From the NCBI GenBank assembly GCA_951406725.2, contig OX597814.1, positions 217,186,001 to 217,250,000 of the forward strand: a stretch of DNA of 64,000 bases, read 5' to 3'. Below are positions 26,319-39,981 of the stretch, one piece after another. This stretch comes from Octopus vulgaris. Taxonomy: Eukaryota. Both the position numbers and the translations under genes were made by a program. Under the pieces are notes generated by a model, which made no database searches, was not told the DNA's origin, and saw nothing but the letters and a program-made list of their open reading frames with translations. The first letter of the stretch is position 1. Every line of letters starts with the position of its first letter.

Positions 26319-26637
26319 AACCTCATAGTAAATTTCTAGCCTTGTATCTTCATTAGAAATTAGAAGGTGGTTGAGTGACAGAATCATTGGAGAGTCGGAC
26401 AAAATAACTTCCGGTTATTTGTTCCGGTTCTTTACGTTGTGAATTCAATTCACGTCAAGATCAACTTTTCCCTTCATCGCTCTGGGGACAATAAAATAAA
26501 GTACAAGCAACCGTCGCTTCAAAAAACAGATATATGATGGATTGAGAAATATGTACTGACCAAAACATTGAAACCACCAATTTCAAATGCATACCGTTTT
26601 ATATGTGAGTCGGATTGTGTCCCCGTCATGATGTTTT

Positions 26638-26680
26638 CACTACGTTTCCAATGATGTACGTTCCAGCCTTCATTCAGGTG
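26638..26680 (-). ncRNA. Degenerate hammerhead motif
   Basis: Minus strand cac-CUGA(A)UGA-aggcuggaacguacaucauug-GAAAC-GUA-gug; stem II poorly paired. Confidence 0.5.
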
Positions 26681-28835
26681 TCTTGTGACTCACCTTACTG
26701 CCTTACCTGGGATTGATCTCAGAACCTCTGATTTACCAAGCTGCATTTCAACGCCTTTATTCACTACGCTAAGCTCTTAGTCAATGTAAGAGTGAACTTT
26801 TAAGGCTGATAAACTCCAATTGATGTTTCATGTCGGCTCCGTACCGATTGGATAATACTATTCTCTATTTCTGAGATGATTATGTATTAGTCGGAATTGT
26901 GTCCTCATTTTTATTGTCTTAGCATACCGTTTTATCTTTCCGTCTCTTCAACAATAGTTTCCTTTCCTCTGAACTGGCAACTATTGCACTACCTCTTCTC
27001 AAACCAACTTGAATTACGAGCTGTTCCACCTCTTGTCATTCCAGAACCACATAAAACGTTTTTCGCAGTCAATTCTCCCCAAGACTTCAAATATAGGCAG
27101 AAAAGGAACCCAAGTGGATTTCCTCTCTCAGCCGACGTTTATGGTTTTAAGAGTGAAGCAACCGTGTTGACCTCATCAACAATCTGGGAAGAAGGTCTGC
27201 AAAATTAATGGAAACCACATTTGCTCCGATTAAATAAATATAAAATAAAATCTTGATTTTCTACCGACTAAAGTCCTTTCATTTAGTATAGAATATAGTA
27301 ACGGTTATAATTCAACCAAAGTTGGCAAAGTTGGGTAAACATGTTAATTTCAATTCCATAAGTGTAGCATAGTAGTATATTCAAATTCATTCTTTTTTTT
27401 TTTTGTGGATCAGATCTATTATGATTTAGTCTACATTATTACGAAGAGGTAATTTAAGATAGGAGTGGGAGGAAATGGGATAAAAAAAACAGGAGTTTAG
27501 CGAAAATTAACAAGCAGAAGTCAAACAATTGAAGTAAGAAACAGATGTTTAATGGTTCAGCCACTTCTTTATTTAATCAAATAAGTGCTGTGAAGACACC
27601 GCAAGTGGTAGGAAGTTACTTCATAAGAACCCAAAGCATGAAATTCACTTTTCAAATCCACCTTTTTAGATATGCACGTTTCACTATGTTAATTCAAATA
27701 CACTATATACATAAATATGTATATCTGCACGTTTGTGTAAAAGATTATACGCATATTTAAACATTTTCTAAAAGGATCAAACAAGGAAACTGGCTGGTAT
27801 CGTACTGGCTTTGTGGGGGGCTCTACTGCTTTATTGAAGAATGGGGTTTCAGGAGGAAGGGGCTGTTTTTTATTTTTTATTTTTTAATTTTTACTTTTAC
27901 TTTAGTGCAGGTAAACATATTCATAAATGTAAACAAATACACACACACACACACAAAGAGCAGCACACATGCACACATTCGCACGCACAATCACATATAC
28001 ATATATACATCCACCATCATACATACACAATCACGCACAGATGCATATCCAATCAAATACACAGAAGCCTCAAATATACAGTCACACACAAACACACACT
28101 TAGACAGTCACACACAAACACACTTAGACAGTCACACACAAACACACGGTTAGTGAAGATTATGAAGAGATGTATCAAACTCGTTCATCATATGAAATTC
28201 TTTCTTGGCATTATAGTATCCGCCGTCGGCTCCACCCCCTCTCACAAATATGTGGGGATTTCTGTACAACTGGTTTAACACAATACAGGCATATTGGAAC
28301 TATTAATGTTGTGAATTTTAGAGCAGCAACAGCAACAACAACAACAGGAACAAGTGAGGAACAGGCATTCTTTTAATATGAAATATATATGTAACGACGA
28401 CAGTCGGAGGAGGCTTGGGAGCGCTTTTTTTCTTTTTTGCTTTTTTGCATACTTTTGTTTTTATCTCTTTAGGGGAAGACAAAATAAAAATAGAACTTAC
28501 TCCAAACGTTTTCACACGCAACACAGAACACGCACACGTGTGCGTGTACATGCACACCCACGTACACGCAGACCACTCACACATCTACATAAACATATAA
28601 TGCAGAACACGTATTTCTCCAAGCCATCTACCTCTCTCTCTTTTTGTATACACACACACACACACACATAAACACATACACACATACACACACATAAACA
28701 CATACACACATACACACACTTTCTCTCTCTTTCTCCTACTTCTCCCCTAGCCCCACCCTTATTCTTTCCCAACATTCTTGTGTCATACACGATAAAATAC
28801 AGCATGAAAGTTCACACATACATACACACACATCA

Positions 28836-29003
28836 TCATGAAGCTGTTCGGAGTATTTTAAGTTCCAGAAAGAAGGAGCGCTCTTCTCCTCCTGTTATAT
28901 AACACCCTTTTATACGCTGATAATTCAAAGCATCTTCCTGAATAATTTCTGGAATAGGAATAATAATAGGACACTCGGCAAGAAATAGGAAAGAAACTGA
29001 AGG
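28836..29003 (-). mobile_element. Highly decayed R4/Dong-like 3' end next to (TAA)n
   Basis: PIIIPIP...LELKILRT resembles the C-termini at 25014 and 42540. Confidence 0.4.
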
Positions 29004-29025
29004 AATAATGATAATAATAATAATG

Positions 29026-29062
<37 letters not shown>

Positions 29063-29087
29063 TAACAACAATAACAGCAACAGCAGC

Positions 29088-29120
<33 letters not shown>

Positions 29121-29159
29121 AACAACAACAATAACAACAAAAACAACAATAATAATAAT

Positions 29160-30548
29160 CCACATAATTAGATACTCAAGGCCCTTGAAATATATAAGAT
29201 CTCTTCTGTCATCTCCAAATTCTTACAAGGTAGCCATGGCCAAGTAGAACATACGTCTCCTTCTAAACCATAGTAATAGGATGAGCCAAACTAACAACAT
29301 CAACATCAAACGACTTCCTCTCCCTATAACTCTTTTGTACGACACTGATCCCACACTCAAACGGACTAAATAACACCAGGTATGGGCTCAAAGTTTACAA
29401 TTCGATAATAAACCATCTGTCTCATATGGACGACCTGAAGCTGTTTGCTAGAAATGACGAAGAGCTAGTAGGGCAGCTAACAACTGCTAAATAATTCAGC
29501 AATGACATCGGGATGGACTTTGGCCTTGATAAGAGCACTAAAGCAACTTTTTTAAGAGGCAAACTCAGGCAAACAGCTTCAATTTAATTAGATACCGACG
29601 CTACCATCAAGAAGCTTGACCCACAGGAGAATTACGGATACCTGGAGATAAACGAAGGAGATGGTATACAACATGCTACTATGAAGGAAAAAATAAGAAA
29701 AGACTATTACAGGAGAATACGACTCATACTAATAACTGAACTCAACTTTAAAATTTGCATCGAAGCCATTCCAGTAGTCCAATATAGTTTTGATATCATT
29801 AACTGGAATCTTACAGTTAATGTTACAGTTACTCCAACACCTGGACAGGAAAACAAGAAAAATACTAATTTCTAAGAGCATGCACCACCCAAAAGCAGAT
29901 GTTGACCGTCTGTACCTACCTAGAAGTAATGGGGAGAAGAGGAATAATGCAGGTAGAACTTTGCTACATGACCTCCATTATAGCAATGAACAGGTACTTA
30001 ACTAGTACAGAGGACTGGACGCTGCAACTTGTGTGCAAACACGAAAGCAGCAAAAAGTCACATTTGATTGCTAAGGAAGCTTGATCGGGCAGAAACAAAT
30101 TGAGAAGCGATGGAGTCAGAAGCCGCTGCATGGACAGAATATACTTCGAAGTCGAAATGCTGACGTAGATTCAGGACCGAAAGTAGAGACTGAAGGTTTC
30201 ATATTGCTCACAAAAAACAACCTGGCTAAGGTTCTTCAAAACGGTTCTAACCCTAAATGCAGATTTTACGATACATTTGACGAAACGATAGACCATCTCG
30301 TCGCCTTGGGGGTGTCCTGTGCTGACACCAAACGAATATAAAAATCGACAGTATTTACATTGGAAAATATGTAAACACTACAAATTCCGCACTCCTACTC
30401 ACTGGAATGAGAATCATCCTGAGCCAATCGTTGAAGGTAAAATGTCACTATCTTCTGGGATTTTCCAGTCAGCACTTACAGAAAGATCCAGGCTACTCGA
30501 CCAGACATAATTATAAAAGACAGGGAAGAAAATACTTGTAGACTAATA
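29160..30548 (+). mobile_element. Decayed R4/Dong-like RT and restriction-like endonuclease region
   Basis: INHLSHMDDLKLFA, FSNDIGMDFGLDK, YLGINEGDG, HHPKADVDRLYLPR, CRF...ETIDHL, YLHWKIC, RPDIIIKD; many stops and frameshifts. Confidence 0.88.
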
Positions 30549-30660
30549 GGATGAAAAGCAAAGTCGACCTCGGGGGAATTTGAACTCAGATCGTGCAGAC
30601 GGACGAAAGGCTGCTAAATATTTCGCTCGGCCTGCTCACGAATCTATCAGCTCCCCGCCT

Positions 30661-30731
<71 letters not shown>

Positions 30732-30820
30732 ACAATAATAATAATAATAATAATAATAACAATAACAATAACAACAACAACAATAATAATAATAATAACA
30801 ATAATAATAATGATAATAAC

Positions 30821-30870
<50 letters not shown>

Positions 30871-30880
30871 TAATAATAAC

Positions 30881-30914
<34 letters not shown>

Positions 30915-30915
30915 T
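30548..30915 (-). repeat. SINE D fragment (30548-30660) followed by (ACT)n/(AAT)n microsatellite
   Basis: aaagtcgacctcgggggaatttgaactcaga, then triplet arrays. Confidence 0.8.
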
Positions 30916-30955
30916 AATAGATGGGGCAACATAAGCTACGGCTTTCCTGATATAT

Positions 30956-31977
30956 TATCAGGTCATTACTACTAACTAAGTTGAAAGGATTATAGAAATT
31001 CCCATAATACAGATGACAAATGCCGGTTGTGTGGTATACTTTCTGAAACTAAACACCCACCTCTCAGAAGTTAGCAAAATATACTTGGAGACATAATAAC
31101 GTAGCAAACTTCCTCTTCATACGCATAGATACACAATTTTCGGTTCTTTAATAACAACAAAAGCTCTGTGGTACTCGCATGAATCTCCACCTGCCATTTA
31201 AATTGACTATGAAGATATTGTATGGAATTTTAGAATGTATATAAATCACTAGATAACATTTCACGAACCTGGCGTGTTGTTTGTTGTCAGTCATTGCTTT
31301 CACGACACCTTAAGGAACCATTCTTAGGAAGGTTTGTTAGGAGTGATGAGAAGTGGATCCTTTACCATTATGTTAAACGCCGCTGATCGTGGGTCAGTCG
31401 AGGAGGAAGACCTGTTCACCAACCAAGAGGAGGATTTCATCCAAGGAAGATCATGTTGAGTGTATGGTGGGATGTTGAAGGAATTGTGCATTACGAATTG
31501 TTAGACAACAATCAAACAATTACTGCTTAACTTCTACTGTGATCGACTTCATCGTTTGAAAGCTGCTTTGAACAGAAAGCAAACCTGCTTAGTCAACAGA
31601 AAGGGTGTCACATTCCATCATGATAATACTCGTCCTCACAGCTCAACTGACCAAAGATCTCTTGGAAGAGATTGGTTGGGAAATATTGCTTTGTTTTCTA
31701 TAATCTCCAGACCTTGCTCCTGATTATCACTTGTTTCGGGGACTACAGAACCATTTGAATGTTCTTAGGTTGACATTAAGAGAAGTTTAAAATGAGTTGG
31801 ATTTATATATTGCATCAAAACCTAAACAATTTTACAAGCGTGGTATTTATAAACTTGTTGAAAGATGGAATGAAGTTCTAGAAAGCAATGGAAATTATGT
31901 TAACGAATGAATATTGTCTTTTTAAAATTGTTAATAGAGACCTTAAAATCGGCCATTACCTTTGCACCAACCTGATA
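30956..31977 (+). mobile_element. Decayed mariner transposon
   Basis: DEKWILY, HPRKIMLSVWWD, HHDNTRPH, SPDLAP-DYHLF; right TIR ggccattacctttgcaccaacctgata; left end only tatcaggt, so left boundary uncertain. Confidence 0.85.
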
Positions 31978-32806
31978 TATATTAAATACGTGCGTGCATT
32001 AGCTATGGGCGGGACATCAGTTTCAGATCTCACTCACCAAGAGAAATATTTATCTCTCGGTGAGTGCCTGATCCAGATCTGAAACGAAAGCTTCACTTGT
32101 AGGGACTATATCCAAATTTTTAAAAAAATTAAATTCTATATTTAAAACGTATTGAATACTTCATAAAACGGTGATCACTTTAGTGAATAATTTTACATGT
32201 ATGTAGAAGTACATAAACACATACACACATACATGCACACATAAATACACACATACATATATACATATATACATAAAAAGACTGTCCTGGATTAATATAG
32301 AGAAACCCCCTGCTATTGAATACGTGCACAGATATCAACACAAAGAAAACTGTTGGAACATTCCCATCAAAACACCTGTCTAGTGTAAACATAGACCAGG
32401 TATTGTTTTTTGGGACAGACAAGTATGTACTGTCATAGAGGTCAGCTGTCCTGCTGATGTGAATATCTCATTGAAAATCAAAGAGAAAGAAGAATTATCG
32501 ACAACTGGTTCGAAACTTCCAGCTTCTATATTTGGAAAACAAATTTACATTTATTCTAATAATTGGAGCATTTGGTTTTGTAAGTAAATGACTAACTGCC
32601 AGTCAGGATAAGCTTGGATTTTTAGAAAAAGAAAACCAGCCAACTGATTCGCACATTACAAATGCAACCTGTAAGCGGAACGATAAAACTATGCAAGACT
32701 TTGTTTTCGTTGTCTGACTACCAAAGATGGAACTTTGTATCTTTGTTAGAAACCAGCTCCTTTTTCAGAGGAAGAATTTAAATAATTAAAAACAGAAGAG
32801 ACATAC

Positions 32807-32875
<69 letters not shown>

Positions 32876-32897
32876 CACGCGTGCGCATTTATAATAG

Positions 32898-32995
32898 GCA
32901 GAAAGTTGCAAAAGTGACTCGTGGACCAAGAGATTCGTGCATGGTTATGCACGAAACTCTCATTACTCGAGTCATGAGAATGACTCGAGTCGACT
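32898..32995. repeat. Decayed fold-back of the hammerhead-bearing family at 58655
   Basis: gactc-N9-gagattcgtgcat|ggtt|atgcacgaaactc-N9-gagtc. Confidence 0.6.
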
Positions 32996-33059
32996 AAAAG
33001 AAATAAATATATATACATAAGTATTAATTTCTATTTTTTCCGTTTGTTCTATAAAATGT

Positions 33060-33349
<290 letters not shown>

Positions 33350-33411
33350 ATCCAAACAAGAAAACACCGAAAAAAAACAGCAACTCGAGGACGTGGAACA
33401 ATTAAAGTATT

Positions 33412-33481
<70 letters not shown>

Positions 33482-33879
33482 CATATACACACACAGAGAC
33501 ATACACGCCAAACGCGTATATGTATGAATGTGAATCTATTTTCATTCAGTAACCTTCAAACAATTTTAAAAATATGCGTCTGGCATGGTAACGGAAACAT
33601 CACAGGGTTTCCGTTACGGAAATCAGAAATCAGAACGGAATTTAGACTAAAGTTGATGATATTTTATTACAAGGGTTCTGAACTATCTTTTTAAATGTAT
33701 TTCCGTTATTTATATATCACTAGTAAAAGTGAAAAAAATTATTATTTAAATGTAGTCTGTATAACAAACATTTTGTACTTCTTTTTGTACCTATTTTTGT
33801 GGGCAGTTCTTTTATTTGTTGCAGTCAAGGACTCGGATATGCTGTAGGGGGAGGGGGTTCTACCACCAAGGGTTTTAAG

Positions 33880-34013
33880 GGAGCAAATTTACCCAGTACT
33901 TATTTTCTAATTCTGATACTTATTCTGTGGACCTAATACTCGAACCGCTAAGTCACAGAGACGTAAACAAACCAACACCAGCTGGTGGGGGAGCGACACA
34001 AAGGCACGCACAC

Positions 34014-34049
<36 letters not shown>

Positions 34050-34198
34050 CGAGCTTCTTTCAGTTTCCGGTTACCAAGGCTTTGGTCGCCTCGGGGTGAT
34101 AACAGAAGACACTTACCCAAGGTGCCGCGCAGTAGGACTGAACCCAAGACCATATAGTTGGGGAGCAGGCTTAATATCCACGCAGTCACGTCTGCGTC
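33880..34198 (-). mobile_element. SINE family B, diverged
   Basis: gaaccgctaagt...agaagacacttacccaaggtgccgcgcagtaggactgaaccc. Confidence 0.8.
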
Positions 34199-34211
34199 TA
34201 GAAAATATTCT

Positions 34212-34650
34212 AGAAAATGTTGCTCTGAAATGGTTTTGGATGTCGTAGATAGAGACTGAGCTTATGGTAACATTGTTGTTGTTGCTGCTTCTGTTTACCT
34301 CCAGCTCAACTCTGATTAAATTCATTGATAACCGAAAGCATTCCAGCCATGACCATTCCATTCCTTTTAAAACAATGGCGAGGACTACATTATCCAGTGT
34401 GTTCTTTTTTTTCGTTTAAGATGTTAAGACGTTTCAGAGGGACATTTGGCTGCTCTTCTTTGGAGGTTGTGGAAAAAAGTTCTGAAATGATTTTAGATGT
34501 CGTCGATAAAGACTAAGATTATGCTTACATTGTCGTTATTATTGTTGCTGCTGTTGTTGTTTATCCCCAGCTCAACTCTGATTAAACTCATTGATAACCA
34601 AAAACATTCCAGCCATGACCATTCCATTTTTTTAAAGGAATGGTGAGGAC
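34212..34650 (+). repeat. Diverged direct duplication (~175-bp copies at 34212-34386 and 34472-34650)
   Basis: Both contain ccagctcaactctgattaaa.tcattgataacc.aaa.cattccagccatgaccattccatt. Confidence 0.85.
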
Positions 34651-36336
34651 GTATAATCTCCATTGTGGGATCGATTAGGAGTTCCGTTTTATTTTTCTGC
34701 TTGTTGTTGTTGTTGTTTACCCCCGGTCAGAAATAACCAAGCCGTATTTAATATTTATTCAAATATGTTGTATCTAATGCAATATTATCTATTGCAATGT
34801 AGCGCGGGTATCACTAAACTGCATCCAGTCATGGAGATCCGGATCGGGTGTTCCAAGGTTTTGAAGAGTGCGGAATCCCCTTTTAACCACTATTGTTTCC
34901 AAGTCTACTTTGACCCGAGGCAGTAACCCCTGTCTGAGTCCCAGCTGTGGGTTAAGTAGCATATGTGATGATGAGAGCGGAGATGCAACAATAACCTTGG
35001 ACGCGCAGTAAAACCACTGGAAGTGACAGAGCCCTAGCTGTTGTCACACCATCCTTCTAGAAGAGGGACCCTCTGATGTAAAACCATTTGGTTTCATTGA
35101 TTACTGGTCAATTCGATTCATTTGTCACCATAATCCTATTATTGCAATAAGAAAAGATACATTGGATAATTGGGTCCTCGACGAATTTGGTTGAAAATGT
35201 AAATGGGATGGTCACAAGTAGAATGCATTTGATTATAGGTCAGCTAGATTTTGCTGACTTGGGGCTAGGCAACAACAAAATTGATAATCTTCGATCCTAA
35301 AAAAAAAGAAAAGCAAATAATCGCAAATAAAATCTCGCCTCCAACTTTATCGCAGGCATGGTTACCCATAAGATTTAGAGGTATATGGCATTCCACTGAA
35401 CACTTGATAGAGATGAACATTTAACATATCGTATAATCAATTATATTTTTCTTTTAATCGTGTTATAAATGCTTGGAAATGTCAAGCAAGACATGGCTTC
35501 AGTAAATTTCTCTTCTTATTTCATATTTAATCATCAAATTGTATATATATACCAATTTCCGAAACACCCAACATTAGATTAATCACCCGTCTTATGATAG
35601 CAATTATTATTTGATAGTTACTGTCAAAACATTCATTTACAATTATACACACATACATACTGACATGCACGCAAGCACGCACGCATACACCCAAACACTT
35701 ACGCACCATGCAAAGTAATGGAGAAGATTTTCTCTTTCAAGTCTGTTGTGTGGTAATTTTGCCCCAAGTTCTTTCAAATTTGTGAATCATCCTTTCCACC
35801 CCACTTCTTTGTATAGTTAAAACGGTAACAATTTTCTGGAATGTCGCCCCATCCATCAAAAGAGTTTCCAATACCCATTCTCACGATTTTGTCCAAATAT
35901 TTATTTTCATCTTTATGTTCCGGGCTTGAATGTTAATCAGTTATTGGTCCTGTCTATGTTTTTCTGACGCTAAATTCTACATGATCAATTAATGCATAAG
36001 GCTGACATTTAAGAAAAGTTTTGTAAAATTTTAGTGTCTGACCCTACGGTTAAGTCATTAGCATAAGCTACATCTATTGGGACTAGATAACCAGGACACT
36101 GATTTTGCGAGTTAAGATGTAATCAACTGAAGGATGGAGGACATAATTAAAACAGCGTATAATTAAGCAAGGTACGAGAGTGCTTTCTTGTAAAACACCA
36201 GCAAAATGTTTGTAAAGAAATCTGCAATGGTATTCATCTCGATCGAAGTAGTAGGACATGCATATCTCTTCAACTCAAAGAGCTCTACAAGTAGAAGTCT
36301 TATTCCTAACATGTCTAAGTAAGCCAAGATCTAGAG

Positions 36337-36528
36337 CATGCATGGGCAACCTGCGGCCCTCGATGAGTTTCTAGATTATTAATTTCATACTAAGATAAAT
36401 AAAATTAAGAAGAACTGCAAAAAATTGGGCAAGTAATATTTCATGCATATGTGTTTTATCATGCGGCCCTCTCCCACTTGGAAATGGTATGATGCGGCCC
36501 CAAGTTGACGAAAAATTGCCCATCCCTG
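36337..36528. mobile_element. hAT (Charlie/Buster) MITE
   Basis: TIRs catgcatgggcaa / ttgcccatccctg; 8-bp TSD atctagag/gtctagag; subterminal tgcggccc motifs. Confidence 0.85.
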
Positions 36529-37083
36529 GTCTAGAGCGAGGGATTAGACTAAATGAGAGTCACCATCCGAAAACTTGCGATGCCGCGTGGCAGAATTATA
36601 TCTTCGAGAGAGGAATCGATTAAGCAATAATTAACGGGGAAATTTTTACGACAGAATCTTAATGGGATGTCACTTTCTGAGAATTCTTGATTGATGAGAG
36701 CAATTATCTCTCCTTGTTTGAAGTTGCTTTAAATTACCACTTAGCTATTGTTTACTATCACTGGAAACGGAGATACTTTCATAAAGCCAATAGTTTATCT
36801 TGTATCGTTTTCGTCTTTTTCCTTCAAATATCTTTCATTTGCCAAGCTACAGACAACTACCAAAGTGTATTCTAATCGAAATTAGTAAGACAGATTAAAA
36901 CAACGAAGTACTTTTCGCCTGACGAGGTACATCTACATCAAAGATGTACCACAACTGTTTGTACAGCATCTCACTCGCGAGAGATCGATGCACGATGGGT
37001 CGAAACGATCGGAGTAGTTAATAAAGGAACTCGTGAATTCTTTGTGTGTATATGTGTAATACATACATACATACATACATACA

Positions 37084-37169
<86 letters not shown>

Positions 37170-37308
37170 GAGGAGATAAATTAATATTAATTTTAATACC
37201 AATTTAAAACCAGTAGTCTATACAAAAAATCTGAGAAGTCAGAAAATTCTAATATTGTGTATATTGGCAGGCAAGACTGCTAGGTAGTTGGCCGATGTAT
37301 ACAAAATA

Positions 37309-37357
<49 letters not shown>

Positions 37358-37358
37358 T

Positions 37359-37396
<38 letters not shown>

Positions 37397-38005
37397 ACAC
37401 ATGTATACACATGTATATGTACGCGTATATATTTCATATATTTATGTCCGTATATGTATATATTTGTGTGTGTGTACTTGTGCATGTATGTATACACACA
37501 CAAACTACACATACACGCAAATACCCACGTATATATTTACTCAGAACAAAGACGAACATATACGAACCTCCTTAATATACTTTTTTTTTGCTGTATTTTA
37601 AGAAAACTTACAAACTAGATAGTTTCAAACTGGGAATATATACTACTACTACCTTTTAAACAGTTTACAGACGGCCACCAGATGTGATGCAGATGACTCT
37701 AGTTGCTGTCGCTTTTCTACGCATTATATTAAGTTATCACAGTCGTTTGAAAACGGCTGTTAACTTCATAAAAAGTGTCGTCACTTCATTTGTTGCTTTT
37801 CCTCCCATTTTATAAATAAGAAACTGAAGTTGTAATTCGATTGGTTTCAGATGGTGTGGAAAATCTAAACCAAACTGTCTCGTAAGTCAGCAAAAGTTTG
37901 ACAACTTATCATACCTTTTGATGCAAATTATTCATAGCTTTATTTACTTCGAGAACCACCGTTCTTATAAGGAATTATTTCTAAATTTAAGACGTCAACA
38001 TTATA

Positions 38006-38886
38006 CAGGGTGTTCGGGTTAAATTTGACAGTTTGCATAAAAAGAAAAGAACACACAAAATACCATCCAAAAGGGAAAAGTATTTCGAAAACTTTTCTAA
38101 ATATTAAGAAGTTTATAGGTGGGAAATAACAGTTTACTCAAAGTAGCTGCCCTTAGCTTCTACCTGTGGCCTCAGGACGCCTCTGAAACCTGATGAATGT
38201 GTTCCTCGTTGTATCCCTGGGAAGATCTTTGAATATCTCTTTGATCATGGCCTCCATCTCGGCCTTGGTGTTGCAGTCAGAGCAGTTGGTGTTTTTCTGA
38301 ATCGCGCTAAACACATAATAACCCATGGCATTACAACCAGGGGAATTAGAAGGTCAGAAATTGGAGTTTATGAAGTCGTAAAAATTCTCCTAGAACCACT
38401 TTTGACTCTTTCCGGAAGTATTGCAAGAGCCGAATCCGTCTGCTACATATATGGGCTTCAAGCAACAACCCTCTCCAGGCAGGGATTGACCACAGTCCGC
38501 AGCAGATTCACGTTGCCGTCTGAATTGAGCTTAAGGCCCTTTTTAAAGATGTGAGGCGGCATGACGTTGCCCGCCCAAAGACCATCATAGCTCGGGGAAA
38601 ATTTAGTTTTCATGATGTCCATGTCACATCATACAGCCGTTACAGTGTTCACAGAGCATTGAGCAATGGTCATGGTGTCAGCATTTTGATACCTCGCACG
38701 AATCATCATAACACAGGTAACTCTTTTCAATATTCAGATGCATTCCACTGCTCCATTCCAGCTAACTTCTTCTCATGCATAACTTTAATCTGTATACTCT
38801 CCAATGCTGTTGACTGTTCATCAATACATGGAGCGGTTCCAGAGAAAAGGAGACACAAAAATCGTCTAATTCATTCCTAGCACCCA

Positions 38887-38887
<1 letters not shown>
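38006..38887 (-). mobile_element. Internally deleted Tc1/mariner-superfamily (maT-like) transposon
   Basis: TA-flanked termini cagggtgtt / agcacccag; minus-strand remnants like ENFYDFITPNF-PSNSPGCNAMGYYVF. Confidence 0.75.
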
Positions 38888-38959
<72 letters not shown>

Positions 38960-38989
38960 CATATATACATACATATATATATATAATAT

Positions 38990-39039
<50 letters not shown>

Positions 39040-39044
39040 ATATG

Positions 39045-39120
<76 letters not shown>

Positions 39121-39121
<1 letters not shown>

Positions 39122-39870
39122 ATATTAATAAAAGGAATTCCAACCTTGTCTGATTTTCACGTTTTATTTACAATCTTATAAATATTAGATAATATAATAT
39201 AATAAAATAAAATAAAATAATAGAATGTTAAATGTTCATTCTGATTGAACTAGTACTTTCATGCATTAAATTCTGCAATCTTCAGGTTCATGTAGTAGTG
39301 GTGACAGTCATGCTTCACAATTTTTGACTGTAGCGAGATGGTTAAATCTGTGCCTTAAATACACCTGTGTAGGCTCCAGATTGTTAGGTTTTGCAAACTG
39401 TATTCTGACCAATCAGTGTGTAGTATCACTCAATTACTTAAGCTGATTGGTTTAGGCGTCACGCTTTGTTGAACATGTCAAGAGTCCCGTATCTTAACCC
39501 TGGCCGAGGCAGCAATTGTTGGGCTATTTTTAGAAATGTTGTAAATAGCCTTTGTCAGGGATTTTTATATTTCAATTGTCATCATCATCATTGTCAGCAC
39601 CTTAATTATTGTTGCTAGTGGTGATATTGGTGGCAAAAGAACTTTTAACCCTAAATAAGATAATTTTCCTGCTATCTTCATCTTGATCACCTTTAGTATT
39701 GTTGTTGTTGTTAGTGGTCATGGTCGTAGCAGTAGAAGTAGTACCTCTAAGTATTATTATTATTGCTTATTTAGCTTGGGTTCGAATTTATCAATATTAT
39801 ATTATATCATTATAAGATTATAAATAAAACGTGAAAATCAGACAAGGTTGGAATTCCTTTTATTAATATA
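39121..39870 (-). mobile_element. 750-bp non-coding element with 60-bp inverted ends and a hammerhead (Penelope pLTR-like)
   Basis: 39121-39180 vs 39811-39870 match 59/60 as inverted repeats; (TA)n tracts nearby on both sides. Confidence 0.8.
39246..39290 (-). ncRNA. Minimal type I hammerhead ribozyme motif
   Basis: ugaac-CUGAAGA-u-ugca-gaauuuaa-ugca-u-GAAA-guac-UA-guuca: 5-bp stem I, 4-bp stem II, palindromic stem III AGUACU, CUA triplet. Confidence 0.8.
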
Positions 39871-39897
39871 TTCATCTATACACAATCAGACACACCC

Positions 39898-39974
<77 letters not shown>

Positions 39975-39981
<7 letters not shown>

